This document shows, piece after piece, positions 1 through 10,774 of a stretch of DNA of 64,000 nt (the first letter of the stretch is position 1; every line of letters starts with the position of its first letter). Source of the stretch: Hemiscyllium ocellatum (lineage: Eukaryota). Both the position numbers and the translations under genes were made by a program. The notes beneath the pieces are model-generated. The model did no database searches and was not told the DNA's origin. It saw only the letters and a list, made by a program, of their open reading frames with translations. The DNA is taken from assembly GCF_020745735.1 (NCBI RefSeq), contig NC_083409.1, positions 17,938,341 to 18,002,340 on the forward strand. The letters run 5' to 3'.

Positions 1-201
1 ACACAGACCGAGACAAACATCAACTGTGCCTGGAGGAACAACAACTCGGTGAAGGACCTGTGGATCTTCCAGCTGAAGGAGTTGACCCCGACTGAGTGCT
101 GTAGACTGGCACATTCCACGGTCCAGCACTACGTGATGAGGAACGGGCTGAAGCTTGGCGTATCTGCTGCCAAGGTGCGGTGGGGAAAGGCTACCGTGTA
201 A
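1..201 (+). mobile_element. Tx1-like non-LTR retrotransposon, ORF2 C-terminal fragment
   Basis: Reads TQTETNINCAWRNNNSVKDLWIFQLKELTPTECCRLAHSTVQHYVMRNGLKLGVSAAKVRWGKATV*, which I recognise as a vertebrate Tx1-like ORF2 tail. Same sequence at 62494-62694. Confidence 0.6.
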
Positions 202-357
202 TGTCTGCCTGCCTAAGAACAGGGGGCCCACGCAGTCATTTGGGCTCTGCTTATCCCCCCAGCTAAATATGTGGATAGTAATTGTACAGACCTGTATATA
301 GCTGAAAATGTGTAGCTGGAAAAGTGCAGCAGGTCAGGCAGCATCCAAGGAGCAGGA

Positions 358-394
358 GAATCCACGTTTCGGGCATGAGCCCTTTTTCAGGAAT
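358..394 (-). ncRNA. Degenerate minimal hammerhead ribozyme motif in PLE terminal repeat
   Basis: Minus strand ATTC-CTGAAAA-A-GGGC TCAT GCCC-GAAAC-GTG-GATT. The core G8 and the cleavage-site base are mutated. Copy at 62851-62887. Confidence 0.55.
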
Positions 395-1460
395 GAGGAA
401 AGTGTGTCCAGCAGGCTAAGATAAAAGGTAGAGAGGAGGGACTTGGGGGAGGGGCATTGGAAATGCGATAGGTGGAAGGAGGTCAAGGTGAGGGTGATAG
501 GCTGGAGTGGGGGTGGGGGCGGAGAGGTCAGGAAGAAGATTGCAGGTTAGGAAGGCGGTGCTGAGTTCGAGGGAAGATGGGGGGAGGGGAAATGAGGAAA
601 CTGGAGAAATCTGAGTTCATCCCTTGTGGTTGGAGGGTTTCTAAGCGGAAGATGAGGCGCTCTTCCTCCAACCGTCGTGTTGCTATGGTCTGGCGATGGA
701 GGAGTCCAAGGACCTGCATGTCCTTGGTGGAGTGGGAGGGGGAGTTGAAGTGTTGAGCCACGGGGTGGTTGGGTTGGTTGATCCGGGTGTCCCAGAGGTG
801 TTCTCTGAAACATTCTGCAAGTAGGTGGCCTTTCTCCCCAATATAGAGGAGGCCACATTGGGTGCAGCAGATGCAATAAATGATGTGTGTGGAGGTGCAG
901 GCGGATATAGAAGGATCCCTTGGGGCCTTGGAGGCAAGTAAGGGGAGAGGTGTGGGCACAAGTTTTGCATTTCTTGCGGTTGCAGGGGAAGGTGCCGGGA
1001 GTGGAGGTTGGGTTGGTGAGGGGTGTGGGCCTGACGAAGGAGTCACAGAGGGATTATTCTTTTTGGAACGCTGATAGGGGAGGGGAGGGAAATATATCCC
1101 TAGTGGTGGGGTCCATTTGGAGGTGGTGGAAATGACGGCGGATGATACGCTGTCTATGTACGTTGGTGAGGTGGTAAGTGAGGAACAGTGGGGTTCTGTC
1201 CTGGTGGTGTTTGGAGGGGCGGGGCTCAAGGGCGGAGGAGCAGGAAGTGGAGGGCATCGTCGATCACGTCTGGGGGGAAATTGCGGTCTTTGAAGAAGGA
1301 GGCCATCTGGGTTGTACGGTATTGGAACTGGTCCTCCTGGGAGCAGATGCGACGGAGACGAAGGAATTGGGAATATGGGATGGCGTTTTTACAGGGGGCA
1401 GGGCTGAAAATGTGTTGCTGGAAAAGCGCAGCAGGTCAGGCAGCATCCAAGGAGCAGGAG

Positions 1461-1496
1461 AATCGACGTTTTGGGCATGAGCACTTCTTCAGGAAT
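1461..1496 (-). ncRNA. Degenerate minimal hammerhead ribozyme motif in PLE terminal repeat
   Basis: Minus strand ATTC-CTGAAGA-A-GTGC TCAT GCCC-AAAAC-GTC-GATT. G12 is mutated. Copy at 63954-63989. Confidence 0.55.
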
Positions 1497-1779
1497 GAGG
1501 AAAGTGTGTCCAGCAGGCTAAGACCGAAAATGTGTTGCTATATATGAATGATTATTCTGTCCCTGTATGCAAAGAAATGGAATGTTTACGGATGTATGGC
1601 ATGAACCAATTTGACAGATCATCAAAATATTTTATGAATAAAGTATATTTTTGGAATTTAAAAAGTGCCTTATTCACTATCTTTTCAACCTGTGATTCTA
1701 ATTTCAAGGACCTACGAACCTGCATTTCAAGGTCTTTTTGTTCAGCAACACTCCCCAGTACCTCACCAGTAAGGGGTGA

Positions 1780-2100
1780 CATGGTGGCTCAGTGATTAAC
1801 ACTGCTGCCTCACAGTGCCAGAGCCCTGGTTCAGTTCCAGACTCGGGTGACTGTCCATGTGGAATTTGTACATTCTCCATGTGTCTGTGTGGGTTACCTC
1901 CCATAATCTAAAGATGTGCAGATTAGGTGAATTGGCCATGCTAAATTGCCCAAAGTTCAGGCATATGTACAATAGGTTCATTAGTCAGGGTTAAATGTAG
2001 AGGAACAGAATAGGAGGATGGGTTTGGATGGGTTACTCTTCAGAGGGTCTGTGTGGACTTGTTGGGCCAAATGGCCTGTTTCCATACTGTAGGAATTCCA
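1780..2100 (+). mobile_element. tRNA-derived elasmobranch SINE (HE1-like)
   Basis: A-box-like GTGGCTCAGTG and B-box-like GGTTCAGTTCC, then the conserved body AAAGATGTGCAG.TTAGGTGAATTGGCCATGCTAAATTGCCC. Related copies at ~11270-11505(-), 19975-20280(+), 25095-25360(+) and 47500-47605(-). Confidence 0.75.
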
Positions 2101-2961
2101 TGATTAAACTTTCCAAAATGCAGCATCTCACATTTATCTAAATTAAACTCCATCTGCCACTCATCGGCCCATTGTACACTGTGGTAACCCCCTTCACTGC
2201 CCACTACATCTCCAATTTGGTGTCATCCGCAAACTTACTAACTATACCTCCTATGTTCACATCCAAATCCTTATGTCAATGACAAAAATCAGTGGACCTA
2301 ACACTGACCCTTGTGGCACACCACTGATCACAGGCCTCCAGTCCAAAAGCAACCCTCCACCATCACTCTCTGTCTTCTACCTGCAAGCCATTTATATATC
2401 CAAGTAGCTAGTTCTCCCTGTATTCCATGTGATCAAACCTTGCAAACCAATCCACCACAAGTAAACGTGTTGAATGCCTCACTGAAGTCCATACAGATCA
2501 CATCCACTGCTCTGACATCATCAATCGTCTTCGTTATTTCTTTAAAATCTCAATCAGGTTAGTGAATCATGATTTCCCAGGTACAAAGCCATGTTGACTA
2601 TCCTGAAACAGTCCTTGTCTTTCCAAATGCATGTAAATCCTGCCCCTCAGGATTCTCTCCAATAATTTGCCCACTATTCATGTCAGGCTCACCGGTTCCT
2701 GGCTTTCCCTTACTACATTAGCTAAACTCCAGTCTTCCAGCACCTCATGTGTGACCATCAATGATATAAATATTTCAGCAAGTGGCCCAGCAATCACTTC
2801 CCCAGCTTCCCACAGAGTTCTGGGGTGCACCTGATCAGGTCCCAGTGATTTATCTACTTTTATGCATTTTAAGACATACTGCACTTCCAATGTTTGTGAG
2901 AAGATTTGTAGCTCGGGTGCTCGTTGTTGTGGTTCTGTTTGCCGAGCTGGGAGTTTTTGTT

Positions 2962-3001
2962 GCAAACGTTTCATCCCCTTTCTAGGTGACATCCTCAGTG
3001 C
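2962..3001 (-). ncRNA. Minimal hammerhead ribozyme motif (mirror copy)
   Basis: Minus strand GCA-CTGAGGA-T-GTCACC TAGAAA GGGGAT-GAA-ACGT-T-TGC. Confidence 0.65.
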
Positions 3002-3259
3002 TTGGGAGCCTCCTGTGAAGCGCTTCTGTGCTGATTCCTCTGGCATTTATAATGGTTTGTCTCTGCCGCTTCCGGTTGTCAGTTGCTGTCCGCTGCAGCG
3101 ACCGGTATATAGGGTCTACGTCTATCAACAGACACATCGACCTAGAACCTATATACCGGCCACTGCAGCGGACAACAACTGACGACCGGAAACGGCAGAG
3201 ACAAACCACTATAAATGCCGGAGGAATCAGCACAGAAGCGCTTCACAGGAGGCTCCCAA

Positions 3260-3299
3260 GCACTGAGGATGTCACCTAGAAAGGGGACGAAACGTTTGC
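3260..3299 (+). ncRNA. Minimal type-I hammerhead ribozyme motif
   Basis: GCA-CTGAGGA-T-GTCACC TAGAAA GGGGAC-GAA-ACGT-T-TGC: CUGANGA core, one extra base, helix II, GAAA, palindromic ACGT, GUU site, and helix I GCA/TGC. Confidence 0.7.
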
Positions 3300-3639
3300 A
3301 ACAAAAACTCCCAGCTCGGCGAACAGAACCACAATATACCTCACTTCCTCCTCTGTAATATGACATTTTTCAAGATGTCACCATCTATTTCCCCAAATTC
3401 TCTATCTGCTGTGTCTTTCTCCACAGTAAACACTGACGCAAAGTATTTGCCCAATCTCCTGCAGTTCTACACATGGGCTGCCTTGCTGATCGTTGAGGGG
3501 CCCTATTCTGTTAATTATTACTCTTTTGTCCTTAGTGCATTTATAAACTCCCTTTTGATTCATCTTAGCCCAATTAAGCAAAGCTATCTCATGTTACCTT
3601 TTTGCCATCCTGATTTCCCTCTTAAAGAGGAGGAGTTAG

Positions 3640-5390
3640 CAATTCTGGAAAGCGTGAAAATATTTAAGTTCCCTTGGCCGGATGGAATTTATCCAAGGAT
3701 TCTCTGGGAAGCCAGGGAGGAGATTTCCGAAGCATTGGCTTTGATCTTTATGTCATCATTGTTGACAGGAACAGTGCCAGAATACTGGAGGATAGCAAAT
3801 GTAGTCCCCTTGTTCATGAGGGGGAGTAGAGACAACCCTAGTAATTATAGACCAGTGAGCCTTACTTCGGTTGTGGGTAAAGTGTTGCAAAAGGTTAGAA
3901 GAGATAGAATTTATAATCATCTAGAAAGGAATAAGTTGATTAGGGATAGTCAACATGGTAGCTCCGGCCTCACAAACCTTATGGAGTTTGTTGAGAAGGT
4001 GACCAAACAGGTACATGAGGGTAAAGTGGTTGATGTGATGCATATGCACTTCAGTAAGGCATTGGATAAGGTTCTCCACAAAATACCAAGGCATGGGATT
4101 AAGGGTAATTTAGTGGTTTGGATCAGAAGTTGGCTAGCTGAAAGAAGACAGAGCGTGGTTTTTGATAGATAATGTTCATCCTGGAGTTCAGTTACCAGCG
4201 GTGTACTGCAAGCATCTCTTTTGAGGCCCACTGCTGTTTGCCATTTTTATAAATGACCTGAATGAGGGCATCGAAAGATGGGTTAGTAAATTTGCGGATG
4301 ACACTGAGGTTTGTGGACTTGTGGATAGTGTTGAAGGATATTACAGGTTACACAGGGACACGGATAAGCTGCAGACCTGGGCTGAGAGGTAGCAAATGCA
4401 GATTTTAATGCAGAAAAGTATGAGGTGATTCACTTTGGAAGGAGCAACAGGAATAAAGAGCACTGGGCTAATGGTAAGATTCTTAGTAGTGTAGATGAGC
4501 AGAGAGATCTCGGTATTCATGTACACAGATTCTTGAAAGCTTGATAGGAGAAAGTGAGGACTGCAGATGCTGGAGATCAGAGCTGAAAATGTGTTGCTGG
4601 AAAAGCGAAGCAGGTCAAGCAGCATCCAAGGAGCAGGAGAATCGGCGTATCAGGCATGAGCCCGTCTTCATTCCTGAAACGTTGATTCGCCTGCTCCTTG
4701 GATGCTGCCTGACCTGCTGTGCTTTTCCAGCAACGCATTTTCAGCCCAGTTTGATAGGGTGGTTAAGAAGGCTTATGGTGGGTCAATTTTTATTGGTAGA
4801 GAGATGGGTTTAGGAGTCATGAGGTCATGCTGCAGCTGTACAAAACTCTGGTTTGGCCGCAATTGGAGTATTGCATACAGTTGTGGTCACCGCATTAAAA
4901 AAAGGATGTGGAAACTTAAGGGTTCAAAGGAAGTATACTAGGATGTTGCCTGGCATGGAGGGAAGGCCTTATGAGGGAAGGATGAGGGACTTGTGGCTGT
5001 TTTCATTCGAGAGAACAAGGTTGAGAGTTGTCTTAATTGAGACATACTAAGATAATCACAAGGTTAGATAGGGTGGATAGTGAGAGCATTTTTCCTCAGA
5101 TGCTGAGGGGACATAGGTTTAAATTGAGGGGTGATAGATATAGGAGAGATGTCAGAAGTAGTTATTTACTCAGAGACTAGTAGGGGCATGGAATGCACAG
5201 CCTGCAACAGGAGCAGACTCACCAACACTAAGGGCATTTAAATGGTCACGGGATAAACATATGGATGAAAATGGAATAGTATAGGATAGTTGGGCTTTAG
5301 ATTGGTTCCACAGGTCGGTGCAACATCGAGGATTAAAGGGCCTGGATTGCGCTGTCATGGTCTATGTTCTATGTTCTGTGTTCCAGATAT
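3640..5390 (+). mobile_element. CR1-type LINE, RT and 3' end, degenerate
   Basis: PDGIYPRILWE...WRIANVVPLF...NYRPVSLTSVVGK...SQHG...FSKALDKV, followed by KFADDT-like coding. A PLE cassette is inserted at ~4549-4750. Confidence 0.85.
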
Positions 5391-7339
5391 GACATTGCTC
5401 ACCACCGCCCTCTCCAGGACAATTAGTGAAGGACAACAAATAGCAGACAAATCGAAGCTTGCCCCATCCCAGGAGAAATCAAAATAAATGATGTACAATT
5501 CAAATGATTAACCTGGTGAGGCTTGAACTCATCTCTTTGAAAGACTGGAGCCTCCGCCATGACATGGGTGAGCCTGCATTTTTAAATTGCAAGGTGGAGT
5601 CCCCTACGGATCAGGCACAAAATGAATTACACAAAGACCGAACAAACGGCTACCAAAGTGTGTCACCCAACTGCAGTAAACAGCAATTTGTCAGGAAGAA
5701 CTCAAGAGAAAGCCATTAGTGGGTGTAAGAGGGTAAGACAGACAAGTGTCAGATGTCATTGAATGCACCATAAATGCACTAAAGCTGTTGGGATAGAGCA
5801 GGGCAATGGGATTAATTGAATTTTTCTATTGAGAGCTTTCCTGGTTCTAATGACTCAGAACGTTAAAGGATGAAGTGTAGCTCATATTGTAAACAATGTA
5901 CTGCAGTGGGCAAGAAAGGATGTTGAGCAACATAAATGCTTAAAATTGGGAAAGAAAGTCCTATAAAAGAAATGGGAAAGGCCAATGGGACTTTGGAATG
6001 AATATTGAGAGTGAGGAGATGGAGGGGAGAGTGGCCAGGACAGCTGGACTGAAGAATGGTTAGGTCACAGCTGGAATATGGTGGATAGTTATGGGCTTCT
6101 TTGAGGGGCATTGCAGAATGGGACAGGGATAGGGGATCTAGGTTACAAGGAAATGCCATAACAGGATCTCGAGGAGAGAGGGAGGGTATTCTGATAACAA
6201 AATTTCTTTATGAAATCAACACAGTCAATGTAGATTTACTGTCAATACCAACAAACAAAAAGGCGAAATGACACATTCTCCGGTCATTCACCAAGTCCAG
6301 GAAGGTGATCAGGAAAACTATTTTGATGCAGCGATTGGAATTTAGTAAGTTCTGGTAAACTGGGTCCTCCATTCAAAATGGGACAGAATTACTTCTTGGA
6401 ATTTGAACTGGTCTGAAGCAAAAGAGCAAATTATGACCAAATGGTCATTTGAGAATATTGAACTGGCCTGAAAATGTCCAGTTTTTGGAAGCTTTCCACT
6501 TTGCCCTCATCAGGACAGTTGTAAAAGTACCAATCAAAGGAGAAAAACATGACATTTATATTGCAAGTGAGGAAAGTGCTGACAGACTGAGGTGTTGTCA
6601 CTATGAACACGCCAGTTTAAATATTGTTTCCCTTTGCTGTGACATTTCTTGTAAATTGTCCTGATGTATGCAAGACAAAAAGCTTCAACATAATGTTTTG
6701 TTTTTTGCAACATTCAAATGAGGATCAGTTTGGAGAGAAAGAATGAAGATGGAAATGAACATGAAAATTGGTCTAAATTCAGCAGAGACCAGGATAGCTT
6801 CAGCTTGAACTTAATACAGGAATTACCAGGTGAAATTTAATCACTGGAATGATTTAACCACCTTCCACCAGTTTGATTGTTTGAATTGTCCATCAGTTAT
6901 TTTGATTACTCCCGGGATGGGGAGGACATTGATATGTCTGCTGTTTATTGCCCTTCCCTAACTATCCTGGAGAGGGCGATGGTTAGCTCTCTCCTGAAGG
7001 CACTATCTCTACCTGGGAAAGGTCTCTAGCCTCCCCAGATGGTCTCATTCCTCCAAGTGTGGGCTGGGATGGGGAAGCAAGGCAGGCTGTTGGACCGGGA
7101 GGTGTCAGCCTGTTCTCAGTGGGGAGCACTCTCCCCTCAGACTCACAATGTTGCAGACTGGGTGGATGAGCCATTGGGAAATGCAGGGTTACAGGCATAG
7201 TATAGTGGTTTGGATCTAGATGGGATGCTCCTTGGAGGACTGGTGTGAACTTATTGGGGTAAATGGCCTGCTTCGATATGGTAGAGATTCCATCTTTACA
7301 TGATTCTATCACTGAAGAAACTTATCCAGGCTGAGAGTG

Positions 7340-7845
7340 CAGTGCAGCACTGAGGAATGCAGCACTGTCAGAGGGCCAGTACAGAGGGAGTGCTGCACTG
7401 TCAGAGAGCCAGTACTGAGGGAGTGCTGCACTGTCAGAGGGTCAGTATTGAGGGAGTACTGCACTAATGTTGGGTCAGTACTGAGGGAGTGCTGCACTGT
7501 CAGAGGGTGAGTACTGAGGGAGTGTTGCACTGTCAGAGGGCCAGTACTGAGGGACTGCCACACTGTCAGAGGGTCAGTACTGAGGGAGTGTTGCACTAAC
7601 GGTGGGTCAGTGCTGAGGGAGTGCTGCACTGTTACAGAGTGAGTACTGAGGGAGTGCTGCACTGTCAGAGGGTGAGTACTGAGGGAGTGCTGCACTGCCA
7701 GAGGGTTCGTACTGAGGGAATGCCACACTGTCAGAATGTCAATACTGTGGGAGTGCCATCCTGTCAGATAGTTCATGCTGAGGGAATGCTGCACTGCTGT
7801 TGAGTCAATACTGAGGGAGTGCAACACTGTCAGAGGTTCAGTGCT
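7340..7845 (+). repeat. 33-bp minisatellite, roughly 15 diverged units
   Basis: Unit ~ACTGAGGGAGTGCTGCACTGTCAGAGGGTCAGT. It produces the spurious 11-aa repeat ORF 7309-7827. Confidence 0.9.
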
Positions 7846-7849
7846 CAGA

Positions 7850-7965
7850 GACTATCTTTCAGATGGGTTGTTCTGATGTCTGCCCTCTCACGGGACAGTA
7901 GAAGATGCCATGACGCTATGAGAAGAGCAGAGCAGATCCCCAGGGTGTCCTGGTCAATATTTTAA
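7850..7965 (+). mobile_element. DeuSINE (SacSINE1/AmnSINE1-like) core fragment
   Basis: GTCTGCCCTCTCA...AGATGCCATG...GAAGAGCAG...GGTGTCCTGGTCAATATTT matches the Deu domain as I recall it. Related pieces at ~43790-43940, 50690-50800(-) and 60000-60120. Confidence 0.55.
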
Positions 7966-8089
7966 AAATATATCTTTTAAAAAATATCTGGATGAGCTCC
8001 TGAAATATCCGAACATTCAATGCTTTGGGCCCAGTTCTGGAAAGTGGATGGAGAGTAGATTTAGTTATGCCTTGGTGGGACAGACATGA

Positions 8090-8282
8090 TCAGATGAGGG
8101 ACCTCTTCTACACTATATGATTCTCTGATTCTGTGAAACCTCTGACTGATGACCACGTACTGTCCTCCCTCGGCTGATGAGTCAGTCTCTCCTCCATGTT
8201 GAACAGCACTTGGAGGAAGCTCTCTGAGGGTGGTGAGGGCACAGGATGTACTCTGGGTGGGGGACTTCAATGTCCACATTCA
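8090..8282 (+). mobile_element. LINE apurinic-endonuclease fragment
   Basis: TTYCPPSADES...LEEAL...AQDVLWVGDFNVH across frames. The same family occurs at ~29830-30960(-). Confidence 0.6.
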
Positions 8283-8352
8283 AAAAGGAATTTAAAAAAC
8301 ATCGGGTTTGTTGGGTATTGGATACAAATGTTCAAAATGATACTTTTGCCAG

Positions 8353-8439
8353 TCCAATGCTCATTTCTCTTGTGCCCTCACCCATGTGGCCCTGTCCTCT
8401 CCCCTCAGCAAGAGCATCAGGAGATCAGGATGTGTGTAG
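8353..8439 (+). pseudogene. IGKC: 5'-truncated Ig kappa constant exon fragment, followed by homologous 3' UTR to ~9120
   Basis: Reads SNAHFSCALTHVALSSPLSKSIRRSGCV*. Downstream ~650 bp aligns to 46642-47240, with AATAAA at 9043-9048. Confidence 0.9.
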
Positions 8440-9429
8440 AGTGTGTGAGACAGTCCACAGAGGAAACACAACTTTAAATAGAACAGGGCTGAGCTGGCAG
8501 GACAAAGGTCATTGTCAGCACTGAATTTCAACTCTCTTTCTTCTTGAGACTGGCCTCTGGGAGACTCTGAGGTTCAGGGGTTAAGGCAGGTTACTGTGAC
8601 ACTGTTGAGAACCCAGTGCTGTCCCTGTCCTGGGAGTATTGACGAGGACAGTGTGGAGACAGCTTTATTCTGTTTCTTTTCTTGTCCCTGTCCTGGATGT
8701 CTTTGGTGGGAACAGTATGGAAAGAGCTTTACTCTGTATCTAAGAATATTCTGTTCCTGTCCAGGAGACTTAACCTTTCAAAGATATTGAAAACTGTGAG
8801 CTGTAGAAAAACAATGTGAACCTCAGAAGTCTCTGCTTCAGTAAACCAGATCTCCTTCCTGCTCAGCCACCAGTTCCACCTGAAGGTTTTGTCACAGTTT
8901 AAAGGGCAAGATTATCATGTAATTGAGAAAATCTCCACAAGTGTTTTCCTCAAGCTCCATTGTGGCTGTGAATTTGAGCAGCTTCCTCTGTCTGGGCTGT
9001 TAATTGCTGACTGTTTTCTGTCAATGTCAATCTGGAAAAGGGAATAAAGATGAAGAAGATTCAGTCTCTGTCTCTGTGTGCTTTGGAAATGGCCCGAGCT
9101 GAAGCCTAAGGGAAAGGGTGTGTGAAGTGTTAACCTTCACCCTCAAGGCACGGAACACGAGGGGGAGAATAGAGAAAGCAATGGGGTCCTGGGAGCAGGA
9201 GGGCAATACTACATTAGGGACAGAAGGGCACTTTCAGCACGAATGCAGGTCTCTGAGAAAGTCTTCCCCAATAAATGGGGAAAAGACGAAAGGTATGTTG
9301 GCTTCGGAAAGATTGAAGAATGATGCTGAGAGTAAGCTGAACTCAGACTGTAGATGGGAAAGGTCCAACCCAGAGTAGGGAGGGTACATTTCACTCCATA
9401 ACCCTCCATCCACAATGGTGGTGCTCTGA

Positions 9430-9526
9430 AGGGGCAGTACCCATCCTGAATACCTGTGCCTGATGGTGTACGGTGAATGGAGAAGAGCCTGTGAGTGGGG
9501 AACAGGGAACATATCGAATTGCATAT

Positions 9527-9569
<43 letters not shown>

Positions 9570-10200
9570 TTATATCTCACACACAGATGCATCCATCAAA
9601 AACACTCGGATAAGCCCCCTCCAGAGGAGAGCGAACTGAAGAGTTTCATGGGGGGATTCTGTGATGGGAGGGTTATCAAAACCCTGGAGTGTAAGGGTGG
9701 GCTCTCTGCCAGTCTATCCGAACATAATAGAGTGAGCTCACTCAGGGAGTGTTCAGAGAAGATTGGCTCATTGCTGATGGAGTGGCAGTGGGTCTTTACC
9801 CAGTTGGTCATTTCGTATGTGCCCTGGTCCATATTGGGGCAGGGAGGACTGAGGACCAGGACAAGTTCACCTTTACATTTAAAGACCAATAATATTGGTG
9901 GATCTGTCTGCCCCAAGGGCTCCCCAATAGTCCCTCCGTCTTCCAGCAGAGCATGGCACAGGGCTGTGAGAGTTCAGGTCAGCTCCCCCAAACAGTTTGG
10001 ACAGTGTGTGGCTGACTTGCTGCTGTTTGTGGGAACTGAGGAGGAGGACTTGTCCCTTTGGGATGACAGAATCCCAGGAGTTGCTCGGAGGGATCCAGAT
10101 GTTGATCCCTTCCCTGGAACAGCAGGTGAAAAGCTGCTGCATTGCTCGGGCTCCTTGATGCCACACCATCAAAGAAGCCTTGATGTCAAGTGCTGTCACT
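9430..10200 (+). mobile_element. pol: Endogenous retrovirus-type reverse transcriptase relic
   Basis: In order across frameshifts: QYP, VFTQLVISYVPWSIL (motif A), EDQDKFTFTFKDQ*YWWICLPQGLPNSPSVFQQSMAQ (motif B), QCVADLLL (decayed YVDD). Confidence 0.75.
9533..9567. repeat. (TA)n microsatellite
   Basis: Uninterrupted TA run of about 17 units. Confidence 0.95.
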
Positions 10201-10469
10201 CTGCCCTCACCTCACTCGCATGGTCAGGGAGGACTCAGTCCACTGACTCACATTTATCGGAATGAATTCCACTTGTTACTGATCAGCCCATCTGACCCTC
10301 CCAGCCCTCATGTCGTCTTGTACTGCTTTGGGACTCTCCCATTCGTGAAGGTCAATAAATGGAAAGCACTAAAACTTTAATTCAGATACTGAAGACAATT
10401 ACTGGATTAATAGAGGGATGGGTATCTTCCATTTGTAAGTGGGATCTACATTTCTTAATTAAATTAAAG

Positions 10470-10740
10470 TGACTCAGATTAAATACATCTGCAGTGAATG
10501 TATAAATCTACAGCAACTCCCACACAGGGTGTTTCGATTGGAGGCTGAGTTGAAATATTTGGTGACACATCAGGGAGGTGCAGAGATACCTGGAGATCTT
10601 GTTCCTGAAGGATGCTATAATCCTCAGGACCAGACAGTCCAATTCCACGTGTAATAATGGGCAGGAGGGAATGACAATGAGGAGGGCAGGTAAGGATTTG
10701 GAGAGCACTGTAGGACAGGAAACCCCTCACTCTTGCTGTA
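10470..10740 (+). mobile_element. CR1 ORF1 fragment (zinc-finger/leucine-zipper region)
   Basis: KYICSECINLQQL..RVFRLEAEL. Paralogues at ~26940-27200(-) and 49545-49800(+). Confidence 0.6.
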
Positions 10741-10774
10741 GTGTGGGTATGCTCACCGAGCTGGGAAGTTGATT

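Larger units (their letters stand above)
301..1522 (-). mobile_element. Penelope-like element, 3' part with GIY-YIG endonuclease and tandem terminal repeats
   Basis: ORF 528-1229 contains IYCICCTQCGLLYIGE...FREHL...PVAQHFN...RRLEEERLIFRL (GIY-YIG). A ~120-bp terminal block occurs at both 301-420 and 1404-1522. Confidence 0.85.
2927..3334. repeat. ~200-bp-arm palindrome made of two head-to-head PLE 3' ends
   Basis: 2927-~3122 is the near-perfect reverse complement of ~3139-3334. The arms encode the PLE ORF tail (SINRHIDLEPIYRPL) plus 3' UTR. Confidence 0.9.
2105..3450 (-). mobile_element. CR1-type LINE RT fragment, interrupted by a PLE palindrome
   Basis: Minus frames give KVDKSLGPDQVHPRTLWEAGEVIAGPLAEIF. 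Homology resumes at ~3340-3450 after the 2927-3334 insert. Confidence 0.7.

Noticed and set aside
1780-1860. tRNA gene
   Set aside because: tRNA-derived SINE head continuing into a SINE body; no complete cloverleaf.
7309-7827. 172-aa repetitive ORF
   Set aside because: Translation of the 33-bp minisatellite.
7340-7845. CRISPR-like array
   Set aside because: Contiguous tandem units without unique spacers, in a vertebrate context.
9495-10265. 256-aa ORF as a host gene
   Set aside because: It runs through a (TA)n repeat and captures only parts of the frameshifted RT relic.
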